Source: Nitrospirota bacterium (GTDB taxonomy: Bacteria > Nitrospirota > Nitrospiria > Nitrospirales > UBA8639). From it: 64,000 nt of DNA. Positions 47,932 through 56,734 of this stretch are shown piece by piece (position 1 is the stretch's first letter; each line of letters begins with the position of its first letter). The notes under the pieces were generated by a model. It saw only the letters and a program-made list of their open reading frames with translations. It was not told the origin of the DNA and ran no database searches. A program made the translations under genes and the position numbers. Where the stretch lies: contig JAALKI010000001.1 of the NCBI GenBank assembly GCA_011088105.1, positions 30,353 to 94,352 on the forward strand, read 5' to 3'.

Positions 47932-48462
47932 ATGGGAGCGCTGACCATTGCAAAACTTGGGAATCCCATACTCAGAAAAGCAGCTGAGGTTGTGGACCCC
48001 GACAGAATTCTTAGTCGAACGTTTCAACAATTTATCGATGATATGTTTGACACCATGCGCCAAAACGATGGGATTGGGCTTGCAGCTCCACAAGTTTCTC
48101 GCTCAGAGCAACTTGTTGTGATGGAATGTCAGGGCAATGAAGGATTTGTACAAACCGTCCTCATTAACCCCAAAATCGTCTTTTATGGCCCTCAGCAAGT
48201 AGAAATGTGGGAAGGGTGTTTGAGTGTCGATGGATTACGCGGAAAAGTGACTCGACCATCGATGATCCGTGTGCAAGCCTTAGATCGTGACGGCGTGGAT
48301 CAAGATTTTGAGGCTGATGGTCTGTACGGAGTCTGCATTCAACATGAAATGGATCATTTGATTGGCAAGGTCTTTCTTGATCGCATGACAGATATGTCTA
48401 CACTCACCCAACTGGAAGAATTCACGGCATACTGGCAAAAAGAACCGACCACCGTTATTTAA
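47932..48462 (+). CDS. def: peptide deformylase
   Basis: Motifs GIGLAAPQV, EGCLSV and QHEMDHL. SD AGGAGG lies upstream. Confidence 0.95.
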   Translation: MGALTIAKLGNPILRKAAEVVDPDRILSRTFQQFIDDMFDTMRQNDGIGLAAPQVSRSEQLVVMECQGNEGFVQTVLINPKIVFYGPQQVEMWEGCLSVDGLRGKVTRPSMIRVQALDRDGVDQDFEADGLYGVCIQHEMDHLIGKVFLDRMTDMSTLTQLEEFTAYWQKEPTTVI

Positions 48463-48481
48463 TCGTCATAAAGCCCTTCAG

Positions 48482-50206
48482 GTGAAAACACTTCTTCGTA
48501 TTCTTGGATATCTTCGTGTCTATCGACTTCTTCTAGTCTTCACGTTTATATGTGCTGCCCTCACCACGGCGTTGGACCTTTTTCCACCATGGCTCATCAA
48601 AGTCATCATTGATGATGTGATTCAAGCGAACCAGCCACATCTTCTCTCGTGGATTTTAGGTGCCCTTGTCCTCTCGTATGGATTGAAAAACCTATTTAAT
48701 TCCCTTCGGATCCGTTTCAACAATCGATTAGAACAACAAGTCGTCTTTGATCTTCGACACGAGGTCTTTCAGGCACTTCAGCGATTGTCTATCCGGTATT
48801 ACGAAAATCGTTCGACGGGTGAGATCATGTCACGTGTGACCAATGACACTGAAAACGTTCAACGGATTTTCATTGATGGACTAGAAGGCATGCTGACCGC
48901 ATCGCTGACTCTCATTGGCATTACGATCATGCTTTTCGCGATCAATTGGAAACTTGCCCTTTTGGCGCTAATTCCTATTCCCATTTTAGCTCTGTCTGCC
49001 ATAGGATTTTCGAAACGGGTTCATGGGTACTACCATGAAATCAGAAAAAAGTCTGCCGACCTCAATGGCTATCTGCAAGATGTCTTATCGGGCATTCGCG
49101 AAACCATGGGATTTAATCGACAAGACTACGAACGCGAGCGGTTTAATACCTTCAGTCAATCATTGAATGCCAGTAATTTAAAAGCGATGTATCTCTGGTC
49201 ACTCTATTCTCCAACCATGATTTTCGTAGGCAGTCTGGGAACAGTATTAATTCTCTGGTATGGAACGGGAGAAGTCACACGAGGGGTATTGACCGTGGGT
49301 GAGCTCGTCATGTTTATCTCGTACCTGACATTATTTTACGTGCCGGTCAATCAAATTCATTCTGTCAATCATATGCTACAACATGCCCTCGCCTCGAGCG
49401 AACGAATTTTTGAAGTCTTGGATACGCCACCGGAAGTAGAAGACCGCCCAAGCAAACACTGCCTACCGCCCCGCCTGATAGGTATGGTTCAATTTGACCA
49501 AGTAGCATTCGCTTACCAAGATGATGTGCCCGTCTTGCGTGACGTCTCGCTTACTGTCGAAGCAGGCGAGCAAGTAGCCTTTGTCGGACCCAGTGGGGCA
49601 GGAAAAAGCACACTTTTAAAGCTGCTTAACCGTTTTTATGATGTAAACGGTGGAAGGATTACCATCGATAACTATGATATCCGCGATCTCCCATTAGCCT
49701 ACCTTCGTGATCATATTGGATTAGTTCAACAGGAACCCTTTTTATTTAATGGTACTGTCCTTGAAAATATTGCTTATGGCAATTTGGGTGTGCCGCAAGA
49801 AGATATTGAACGGGTCGCTCATGCCGCTCAAGCACATGATTTTGTCATGGATTTGCCAGAGCAATACACGACATGGATCGGGGAACGGGGAGTAAAACTC
49901 TCGGTCGGCCAAAAGCAACGAATTTCGATAGCCCGCGTATTGCTCAAAAACCCACCTATCGTCATTTTTGATGAAGCCACTTCCAACATTGACACGGAAA
50001 CCGAAGTATATATTCGGGAAGCTTTAGAATACTTAACGCGAGACCGGACAACATTTATTATCGCTCACCGGCTCTCTACACTTCAGCATGTCGATCGCAT
50101 TGTCGTCATCAACCATGGCCGCATCGTAGAAGTCGGCAACCACGACACCCTCTTAGCCCAAGAGGGGCTCTATACCACCTTGTACGAATCACAATTTCCT
50201 GTATAA
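48482..50206 (+). CDS. ABC exporter, fused TMD-NBD (MsbA-like)
   Basis: Six-TM N-terminal half. Walker A GPSGAGKST, signature LSVGQKQRISIARVL, Walker B IVIFDEATS. Confidence 0.9.
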   Translation: MKTLLRILGYLRVYRLLLVFTFICAALTTALDLFPPWLIKVIIDDVIQANQPHLLSWILGALVLSYGLKNLFNSLRIRFNNRLEQQVVFDLRHEVFQALQRLSIRYYENRSTGEIMSRVTNDTENVQRIFIDGLEGMLTASLTLIGITIMLFAINWKLALLALIPIPILALSAIGFSKRVHGYYHEIRKKSADLNGYLQDVLSGIRETMGFNRQDYERERFNTFSQSLNASNLKAMYLWSLYSPTMIFVGSLGTVLILWYGTGEVTRGVLTVGELVMFISYLTLFYVPVNQIHSVNHMLQHALASSERIFEVLDTPPEVEDRPSKHCLPPRLIGMVQFDQVAFAYQDDVPVLRDVSLTVEAGEQVAFVGPSGAGKSTLLKLLNRFYDVNGGRITIDNYDIRDLPLAYLRDHIGLVQQEPFLFNGTVLENIAYGNLGVPQEDIERVAHAAQAHDFVMDLPEQYTTWIGERGVKLSVGQKQRISIARVLLKNPPIVIFDEATSNIDTETEVYIREALEYLTRDRTTFIIAHRLSTLQHVDRIVVINHGRIVEVGNHDTLLAQEGLYTTLYESQFPV

Positions 50207-50277
50207 GAAAACTTTGCCTTCGATTGATCAACATCTGGCTATTGTTCAAAAGAGACACACACGACAAAGCTACCCTC

Positions 50278-51891
50278 CTATACCGTGGGGGTATGATAAA
50301 AGAGCTTGACAAACTCTTGTCGTACTGATTGTGTCACTTGCTGATAACGTGTCAACAATGCAGCCCCGGCGTCATGGGAGGACGTCGTTTGGTACCCAAG
50401 ACGAATGGCACATTTTCCAATTTCTTCCTGATCAATAGGAAGAGAATGGGTTTGTAGCTCATAGACCATCTGCAATTTGTGCTCAACATTTCTCAAAAAC
50501 ACATAAGCCTGACTCAGTTTCTCCACCGCAGCCTGATCAAGCAGTTGCGCATGCCTAAGTTTTTTGAGCGCTGTCAGGCTATTCCGATCAAGGATACGGG
50601 GTTGCCTGCGCCCGTGCAGCAATTGTAACCCCTGCACAATAAATTCAATTTCTCGAATGCCGCCTGTGCCTAACTTCACATTGCGTATGGTCTCTTCACG
50701 ACGAACCATCTTGGCATGGATTTGGGATTTCAACGATCGTATTGTCTGAAACACCGCTTGCTCGGAATGATCACCATCACCCAAGATAAACGGTCGAATC
50801 CGTCGGAGTAATGCCTGCCCCACAGAGACAGTCCCGGCAATAGGACGAGCTTTGAGAAACGCCAGTCGTTCCCAATCTCGACCTCGCGTTTGGTAATATT
50901 GCACGGCAGTATCTATTGAATGGACCAAAGGGCCCACGGTCCCTTCAGGACGAAGGCGGAGATCAACCCGAAACAATGCACCTTCTTGCGTCGCAACCGA
51001 CAAGACCTGCGTTAACTTCCTGGCAAGCGTTTCAAAGTACATTTCATTGGGCACAATCTTTTGTCCAGGAGAGCCTTGTGTCTCACCGTCACTCGACGCA
51101 TAGGCATAAATAAGATCGACATCCGAACTATAATTTAATTCTCGTCCGCCAAGCTTTCCCATTCCCAAGACCACAAAGCCTGTTTCCAGAAACTGGCCAT
51201 GTCGATTGCGATGCATAGGCACTCCATACTCCGTTTTCATTTCGTCATCCACAATCTCGTATGCGGTTTGAATGATCAACGTGGCTAAATCCGAAAGGGC
51301 GGTGACGGTTTCCGGAACAGTTGATCGTTGTGAGAGATCTTGCACCCCGATTCGAAGAAGCTCACGACGATTAAAACGACGCAGGGCATCCAGTTTCAAC
51401 TCAGCTGTAGCAAAGGGCGCAAGAGAAGCTTGTAGCTCTTTCTCACGTGTGGGCCGTGACACTCGGTTCGTCAACACTTGCTCCTCACCTAACCAATAAA
51501 TGAGCAATGGGGTTCGATGCAGTGTCTGCGCCATGGCCGGACTATTTCCAAAAATGGTACAGAGAAGATGCAACAAATGAGGAGCTTGTGCGAGATACGT
51601 GAAAAGCTGAACACGGCGGACACCAGATTCTAAATAGCGGTCCCATTCATTCAAGGCTTGGTCAGGATCAGCGGTTGCAGACACAGCCGTTAGCAACTCG
51701 TATAGAATAGCGGCTAGGCCTTGTCGGGCTTGAGGGTCCCCCGCCATCGCTTGCAAGTTGGCATCTGCCTTGGAAGGGTCTTGAAACCCATAAGGCGTCA
51801 GCAGGTTCACAGCATCGGCAGCATCCAAACCTGCTGATAGAAGAATTGGGGTAGGATCCGGTCTTTGGTGTTTGGTTTTCCAAACGTTCAT
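50278..51891 (-). CDS. glnE: half-size GlnE-like nucleotidyltransferase (single NT domain)
   Basis: 537 aa with one polymerase-beta-type NT motif GMGKLGGRELNYSSDVDLIYAY, followed by a GlnE-type helical domain (FRVDLRLRPEG). Confidence 0.8.
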   Translation of the reverse strand: MNVWKTKHQRPDPTPILLSAGLDAADAVNLLTPYGFQDPSKADANLQAMAGDPQARQGLAAILYELLTAVSATADPDQALNEWDRYLESGVRRVQLFTYLAQAPHLLHLLCTIFGNSPAMAQTLHRTPLLIYWLGEEQVLTNRVSRPTREKELQASLAPFATAELKLDALRRFNRRELLRIGVQDLSQRSTVPETVTALSDLATLIIQTAYEIVDDEMKTEYGVPMHRNRHGQFLETGFVVLGMGKLGGRELNYSSDVDLIYAYASSDGETQGSPGQKIVPNEMYFETLARKLTQVLSVATQEGALFRVDLRLRPEGTVGPLVHSIDTAVQYYQTRGRDWERLAFLKARPIAGTVSVGQALLRRIRPFILGDGDHSEQAVFQTIRSLKSQIHAKMVRREETIRNVKLGTGGIREIEFIVQGLQLLHGRRQPRILDRNSLTALKKLRHAQLLDQAAVEKLSQAYVFLRNVEHKLQMVYELQTHSLPIDQEEIGKCAIRLGYQTTSSHDAGAALLTRYQQVTQSVRQEFVKLFYHTPTV

Positions 51892-51961
51892 GATACACCG
51901 TGATTATACGGTCATCATCAAGGCCTTACAACGAAGAAATTTTTCAGTATACTGAGCAGTC

Positions 51962-54316
51962 ATGGATACATCGATTCAGATTCAAGCCTTGCAAGATGCC
52001 TGCCCGGACATTGATGCCCTCATGATTCAGGACTTCGTGCGCCGAATGGACCCAGAGTACTTTGATCAATTTTCGCTGCCTCAGATTACGGAGCATCTTC
52101 ATCTGATCCAACAGGTATCGCCTCAACACCCGGTTGCAACACATCTTCACAATGTTTCCCCTCTAGCCTATCGTCTCACTCTTGTAGGCTATGACTATTT
52201 CTCGGAATTTGCCACGGTCTGTGGTGTCCTCTCTGCATTTGGACTCGATGTCCACGAAGCCACGATCTTTACCTACCTTGACCAACCAACAGAGTCCCCT
52301 GTTCGCTCAAAAGCCAAGCTTCAACGGTTCCGGAAACAACCATGGCCACCAGGTCGTTCTATTCGTCCAACCGGATTATCGCGCAAGAAAGTAGTGGATG
52401 TCTTTCATCTTCGAGTCTTACCAGGATTTTCTCTGAAACAACAAGAACAACGTCGACTTATTGAAGTACTCAACCACATGATTGGCCTACTGGATGCCAA
52501 CCGGGTGCAAGAGGCCCGGAACCAAGTAAATCGCCATCTTATGGAAACGCTTGGGCGGCTCAAGATGCATTTTTCCGAATTTCTTCATCCTGTCCAAATC
52601 AATTTTCATAATGAGTCTTCTGCCAAAGAAACACTCATGGACATCCTGTCTACCGATTCCCCAGCCTTTCTTTATGCCTTTGCCAATGCGCTCACCATGC
52701 GTGGGATTTATATTGTCAAAGCCAAGATCGAGGTAGAGGATGGTCGAGTACGGAACCGATTTTTCATTCGCGGTCGGCATGGGCAAAAGCTGGAACATCG
52801 TGCTGAGCAACAAGAACTCAAGTCTGCGGCTGCGTTGATCAAAGAATTTACGCATTTCTTGACTTGGGCACCTGACCCTGGCAAAGCCATGAAGCATTTT
52901 GATCAGTTTTTGGATCAACTGATGGATAACCAATCCCAGCGCTCAGCTTTATCGCTTCTCAAGCAGAAACCTCTCATGGCTCACTTGGCTCAAATGTTCG
53001 GCACCAGTGACTTCTTGTGGGAAGATTTCCTACGCCGGCAACATGCGAACCTTCTTCCCTTAATGACAAGCTACAAAACGAAATCGATTGTTCGTTCTCA
53101 AACAGAATTAGCCAAAGACCTCAAAAACGCAATTGGTCGCAGCAAGACCCCACAAATACGCAAAGAACAGTTGAATCAATTCAAAGACCAAGAATTGTTT
53201 CGGATTGACATGAAGCATCTGCTGCATAGTACACCCATTCCTGATTTCTCGCGTGCATTGAGCAATTTAGCCGAAGTCATTCTGCAACAAGCCTGGGTTG
53301 AGGCCCAAGCTGTTCTCGACCAGCTTCATCAAAGACCCCAGCAACCCAATGGGCAGCCCTATCCCTTTTCGATTTGTGGGTTAGGTAAATTAGGTGGAGG
53401 GGAACTCGGATATGCGTCAGACATTGAAGTCTTATTTGTCTATGGGATGCATGCACCGATGCATGGGAAAAAGTACAAAGATCCCGGCGAGTATTTTGAA
53501 CGATTAGCACAAGAAATTCTTCGTTGGATTGAAGCCAAGCAAGAAGGCATTTTCCATATCGATACACGTTTGCGCCCGCATGGAGAGAAAGGCTTACTCG
53601 CTAACTCACTCGACGAGGTGCAACGGTACTACCATCCTCAAGGAGCCGCTGCGCCTTTCGAGCGCCAAGCTTTAATCAAGCTACGCCATGTAGCAGGTGA
53701 CCCCACCCTTGGGCGTCAGATCGAAGCGCATCGCGACCAATTTGTCTACAGCCAAGAGGCTTGGCCGCTGGATGTCGCGCTCCATCTCCGGGAACGACAG
53801 ACAAAAGAATTGGTTCCTCCAGATGGCATTCATGTCAAGTACAGTCCTGGGGCCCTCATCGATATTGAATATGCCATCCAATACCTTCAGATACAGCATG
53901 GCCATGCCCAAAAGGCTCTCCGAACCCCAAACACGCTTCAGGCACTCCACGAATTAAGCACAATGGGAATTTTTTCAAAAAAAGAGAGCGAAACCCTTCC
54001 CGATGACTATTTGTTTTTTCGACAACTCGTTGATGGCCTTCGAATTGTGCGAGGGAATACAAAGGATCTCGTCCTCCCCGCCTCAACATCGGACGCCATG
54101 ATTTTTCTAGCCAGACGGTTAGGCTTTATCACGGAAAACTGGAAAGCTGGAGCCAATCAACTCTGGAAAGAGATTACACGACGCATGACCAGAACCCGGA
54201 AGATGTTTAACAGCCATTTTGGCCATTTCTCGAAAAATCTGAAAGAACCCCAGCCGATTCAAAAAAGTCGTTCAGCACAATTACAACCTAGGAGAAGAGC
54301 ACGGCGTACTGATTAG
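51962..54316 (+). CDS. ACT-ACT-GlnE-like nucleotidyltransferase (second half-GlnE with an N-terminal sensor extension)
   Basis: 784 aa. The NT motif is GLGKLGGGELGYASDIEVLFVYG plus HIDTRLRPHGEKG. The N-terminal roughly 300 aa contain two ACT-like units (RLTLVGYDYFSEFATVCGVLSAFGLDVHEATIFT and ILSTDSPAFLYAFANALTMRGIYIVKAKIEVEDGRVRNRFFI). Confidence 0.7.
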   Translation: MDTSIQIQALQDACPDIDALMIQDFVRRMDPEYFDQFSLPQITEHLHLIQQVSPQHPVATHLHNVSPLAYRLTLVGYDYFSEFATVCGVLSAFGLDVHEATIFTYLDQPTESPVRSKAKLQRFRKQPWPPGRSIRPTGLSRKKVVDVFHLRVLPGFSLKQQEQRRLIEVLNHMIGLLDANRVQEARNQVNRHLMETLGRLKMHFSEFLHPVQINFHNESSAKETLMDILSTDSPAFLYAFANALTMRGIYIVKAKIEVEDGRVRNRFFIRGRHGQKLEHRAEQQELKSAAALIKEFTHFLTWAPDPGKAMKHFDQFLDQLMDNQSQRSALSLLKQKPLMAHLAQMFGTSDFLWEDFLRRQHANLLPLMTSYKTKSIVRSQTELAKDLKNAIGRSKTPQIRKEQLNQFKDQELFRIDMKHLLHSTPIPDFSRALSNLAEVILQQAWVEAQAVLDQLHQRPQQPNGQPYPFSICGLGKLGGGELGYASDIEVLFVYGMHAPMHGKKYKDPGEYFERLAQEILRWIEAKQEGIFHIDTRLRPHGEKGLLANSLDEVQRYYHPQGAAAPFERQALIKLRHVAGDPTLGRQIEAHRDQFVYSQEAWPLDVALHLRERQTKELVPPDGIHVKYSPGALIDIEYAIQYLQIQHGHAQKALRTPNTLQALHELSTMGIFSKKESETLPDDYLFFRQLVDGLRIVRGNTKDLVLPASTSDAMIFLARRLGFITENWKAGANQLWKEITRRMTRTRKMFNSHFGHFSKNLKEPQPIQKSRSAQLQPRRRARRTD

Positions 54317-54444
54317 CCCTCTGAACAACGGAAACCACCCCTGGAGGAGGAGCTGAACCGTCATAGAAAAGGAAATATGGGCATGACCATGATGGGAAAA
54401 AGTGGGTAGGACTCGGTGGCGCATTCGGCGCCACTGGCCGTTTT

Positions 54445-54759
54445 GTGATCGTCCAATGGGCCATCGACCGATGGGGAAATAGTTTTCCCTATGGAACACT
54501 GTTTGTAAACGTGGCAGGCTCCTTTCTCTTAGGGTTCTTATTTATTCTCTCTCTCAATCGAATTTCTCTTTCTCCAAGAGTCTTTGCCTTCCTCGGTGCG
54601 GGGTTCTGTGGAGCGTTCACCACCGTCTCAACCTTTTCAGTCGAAACACTCCATTTATCTCAAAGTGGGTTTTTAGGGGTGGGCATCACCAATATCATCT
54701 TAAACACCGGGCTCTCCCTTTTGGCTGCTTTTCTTGGAATGATCGTCGCAAAATCTTAG
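54445..54759 (+). CDS. crcB: fluoride channel CrcB/FluC; the N-terminus is apparently frameshifted
   Basis: Contains FPYGTLFVNVAGSFLLGFL and GFCGAFTTVSTFS. The in-frame upstream codons WVGLGGAFGATGRF have no start codon. An out-of-frame ATG at 54377 (MGMTMMGK) would join through an A5 run at 54397-54401. Confidence 0.8.
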   Translation: MIVQWAIDRWGNSFPYGTLFVNVAGSFLLGFLFILSLNRISLSPRVFAFLGAGFCGAFTTVSTFSVETLHLSQSGFLGVGITNIILNTGLSLLAAFLGMIVAKS

Positions 54760-54894
54760 TTCTCCTATTGAATGCCACTCCTCATATCATGCGTGAGTTC
54801 ATGTGGGCTGTTCCTTTGGTGAATCCCCCTTCGCATCCACCCAACGTCAGGATTTCAGCCCGTATGAACACTCCTTATACTCTCGACATGCTTT

Positions 54895-55692
54895 TCAAGA
54901 AGCCTGTTTAGCCGGACGATGAGTGAGATAAATAGCCAAACCTGTAAAAAACATTCCCCCAACAAGGTTCCCCAAGGTGACAGGAATCTGATTCCACATC
55001 CACCATTGGCCAATCGTCACGTTGGCCCCCATCAATATCCCAGAAGGAATCACAAACATATTGACCACCGTATGCTCAAAACCTTGAGAGAAAAAGAGCA
55101 TCACGGGTCCCCAAATCGCCAACATCTTCCCAACGACAGATGTCGACGCCAGAGCCATCACGACAGCAAGACTCACCATCCAATTACACAAAATTGCTTT
55201 CACAAATACCGTAATCATTCCAGCACCACCATGAGCGGCATACCCAATTGTTTTCGCCTCAGCAACTTTGACGAGCTTTTGACCAACGGGCAAAGGATCA
55301 AAGGAGCCCATCATTGTCAGTGAGATGGACAATAGAATGGCATACCCGACACTGCCTAAGAGATTGCCTAGAAAGACCCATCCCCAATTGACGATCACCT
55401 GCCCCCAATCAGCTGCATTGTCGGCCGTGGCACATGGTAAGAGGGCAAAGCTCCCTGTAATCAGCTCCGTCCCCAGCAAGATCACAAGACAGAGCCCAAA
55501 CGGGAAAATGAGTGCGCCCACAATTGGGAAACCGGTCTGAACTGCAGCGGTGACAGCCATACTCGTCGCAACAGCAAGAAAGGCTCCTGCCAATGCGCCA
55601 CGTAAGAGAAGCGAAGATGGGGGTAATTTGGCTTTCATCGCACCGACTGCAGCCATGTTGGTTGCTATATCAGCTGGTTTTACATAGTCCAT
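54895..55692 (-). CDS. formate/nitrite transporter (FNT) family channel
   Basis: 265 aa with LRGALAGAFLAVATSMAV, GTELITGSF and FSQGFEHTVVNMF. It lies downstream of cynS on the same strand. Confidence 0.9.
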   Translation of the reverse strand: MDYVKPADIATNMAAVGAMKAKLPPSSLLLRGALAGAFLAVATSMAVTAAVQTGFPIVGALIFPFGLCLVILLGTELITGSFALLPCATADNAADWGQVIVNWGWVFLGNLLGSVGYAILLSISLTMMGSFDPLPVGQKLVKVAEAKTIGYAAHGGAGMITVFVKAILCNWMVSLAVVMALASTSVVGKMLAIWGPVMLFFSQGFEHTVVNMFVIPSGILMGANVTIGQWWMWNQIPVTLGNLVGGMFFTGLAIYLTHRPAKQAS

Positions 55693-55844
55693 GTCTTCCT
55701 CCCACTAAGGTGGCCATTATCGTTGCCTGCTCACATTCCTCATGCCCCCTTCATGGCTCTATTTCAAGAGCACACACCACTCTCCTCCTCATGATTAGGA
55801 ATACATGAATGCTTGCTGGCAATATTGACGATCATGGAGGATGT

Positions 55845-55875
55845 GAGCGCTCCTACACCATTTCCCGGAGCGCTC
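55845..55875 (-). other. GC-rich 9-bp stem-loop between cynS and the FNT gene
   Basis: gagcgctcc (55845-55853) and ggagcgctc (55867-55875) are perfectly complementary with a 13-nt loop. No U-tract follows on the minus strand. Confidence 0.5.
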
Positions 55876-55910
55876 TTTGGGCCCCCCATAACTGCCTCGT
55901 CACATATTGA

Positions 55911-56363
55911 TTATTTCGTTTGTTCAATATGCGCCAGGAATTTTCCATTCCAGGTTATGACGACTCGGTCTTCCCCCGCACTCCCTTTAATCTTATCAAC
56001 GGTGAGCTTGAAGTCGATCGCAGACATGATGCCGTCTCCAAACTTTTCATTCATGACCTCTAAGATTGAATCTCCGTAATGGCAACACACTTCGGTCATA
56101 CGATAGATGTGTGGCTCCTGAATCACAGCTGGATCATAAGACCGCATCGGACATTTTCGCATTTCCTGGAGCAGGTCCTCTGTTAACCCAGGCACAAGCT
56201 TGACCAGTTTAGCCTCGGTATTATTCTTAAGTTGCGCTTGGCGACGAAACAACTGTGCAACGTACACATTACAAAGACCGAGGGCATCGGCTAATTCATC
56301 GTATGTTTTCCCCGTAGCAGCTCGAGCAGCCAGTAGTCTTTCGACGGTTTCTTTTTTCCCCAT
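55911..56363 (-). CDS. cynS: cyanase (cyanate hydratase)
   Basis: MGKKETVERLLAARAATGKTYDELADALGLCNVYVAQLFRRQAQL ... GDGIMSAIDFKLTVDKIKG ... RVVITWNGKFL. SD AAGGAGG precedes the ATG at 56363. Confidence 0.95.
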   Translation of the reverse strand: MGKKETVERLLAARAATGKTYDELADALGLCNVYVAQLFRRQAQLKNNTEAKLVKLVPGLTEDLLQEMRKCPMRSYDPAVIQEPHIYRMTEVCCHYGDSILEVMNEKFGDGIMSAIDFKLTVDKIKGSAGEDRVVITWNGKFLAHIEQTK

Positions 56364-56574
56364 GACTGAACCCTCCTTAGAAAATTTTTCGTTCATATGA
56401 AACAGGATGTGTAAGCGAGCATCGTTACATTTTTGAAGGAGAATCTTTATCAGCTATGATAAAAGCCATTCCTTTGCATCCTGAACATTAGAAAGATCGA
56501 GTCGTTACGTCTTGGAACACCTTTTATGGGGAGATGTTCCCTGTTCGTGATGGCCACCACGTGCTTCAAGTTAA

Positions 56575-56590
56575 AGCAATAGTAATGCCA
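56575..56590 (-). promoter_or_regulatory. sigma-54 (-24/-12) promoter upstream of cynS
   Basis: The minus strand reads TGGCATTACTATTGCT, an excellent fit to TGGCACG-N4-TTGCW. It lies about 210 nt upstream of the cynS ATG and 145 nt downstream of the EBP stop codon. Confidence 0.55.
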
Positions 56591-56734
56591 CGTGATGAAA
56601 ATTGACTGAATAAAGAAAAATGGCTTGATTTACTAGAACGTTAAGGAAGGTTTTTCTAAGGCAAAAGAAAAATCATTTATTCATATAACGTGATATTTCG
56701 TATTTTTCCATGAAGAATCGTATCATTCTATTGC

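Noticed and set aside
54310-54380. Possible fluoride (crcB-motif) riboswitch upstream of crcB
   Set aside because: The 60-nt gap after the preceding gene does not show the conserved pseudoknot elements I remember for the crcB motif (for example the GGCGAUG...CUGAUG-type segments). The space is also too short.
56551-56566. Plus-strand TGGCCACCACGTGCTT as a sigma-54 promoter
   Set aside because: The GG-to-GC spacing is off by one nucleotide, and it points into the 3' end of the convergent regulator gene.
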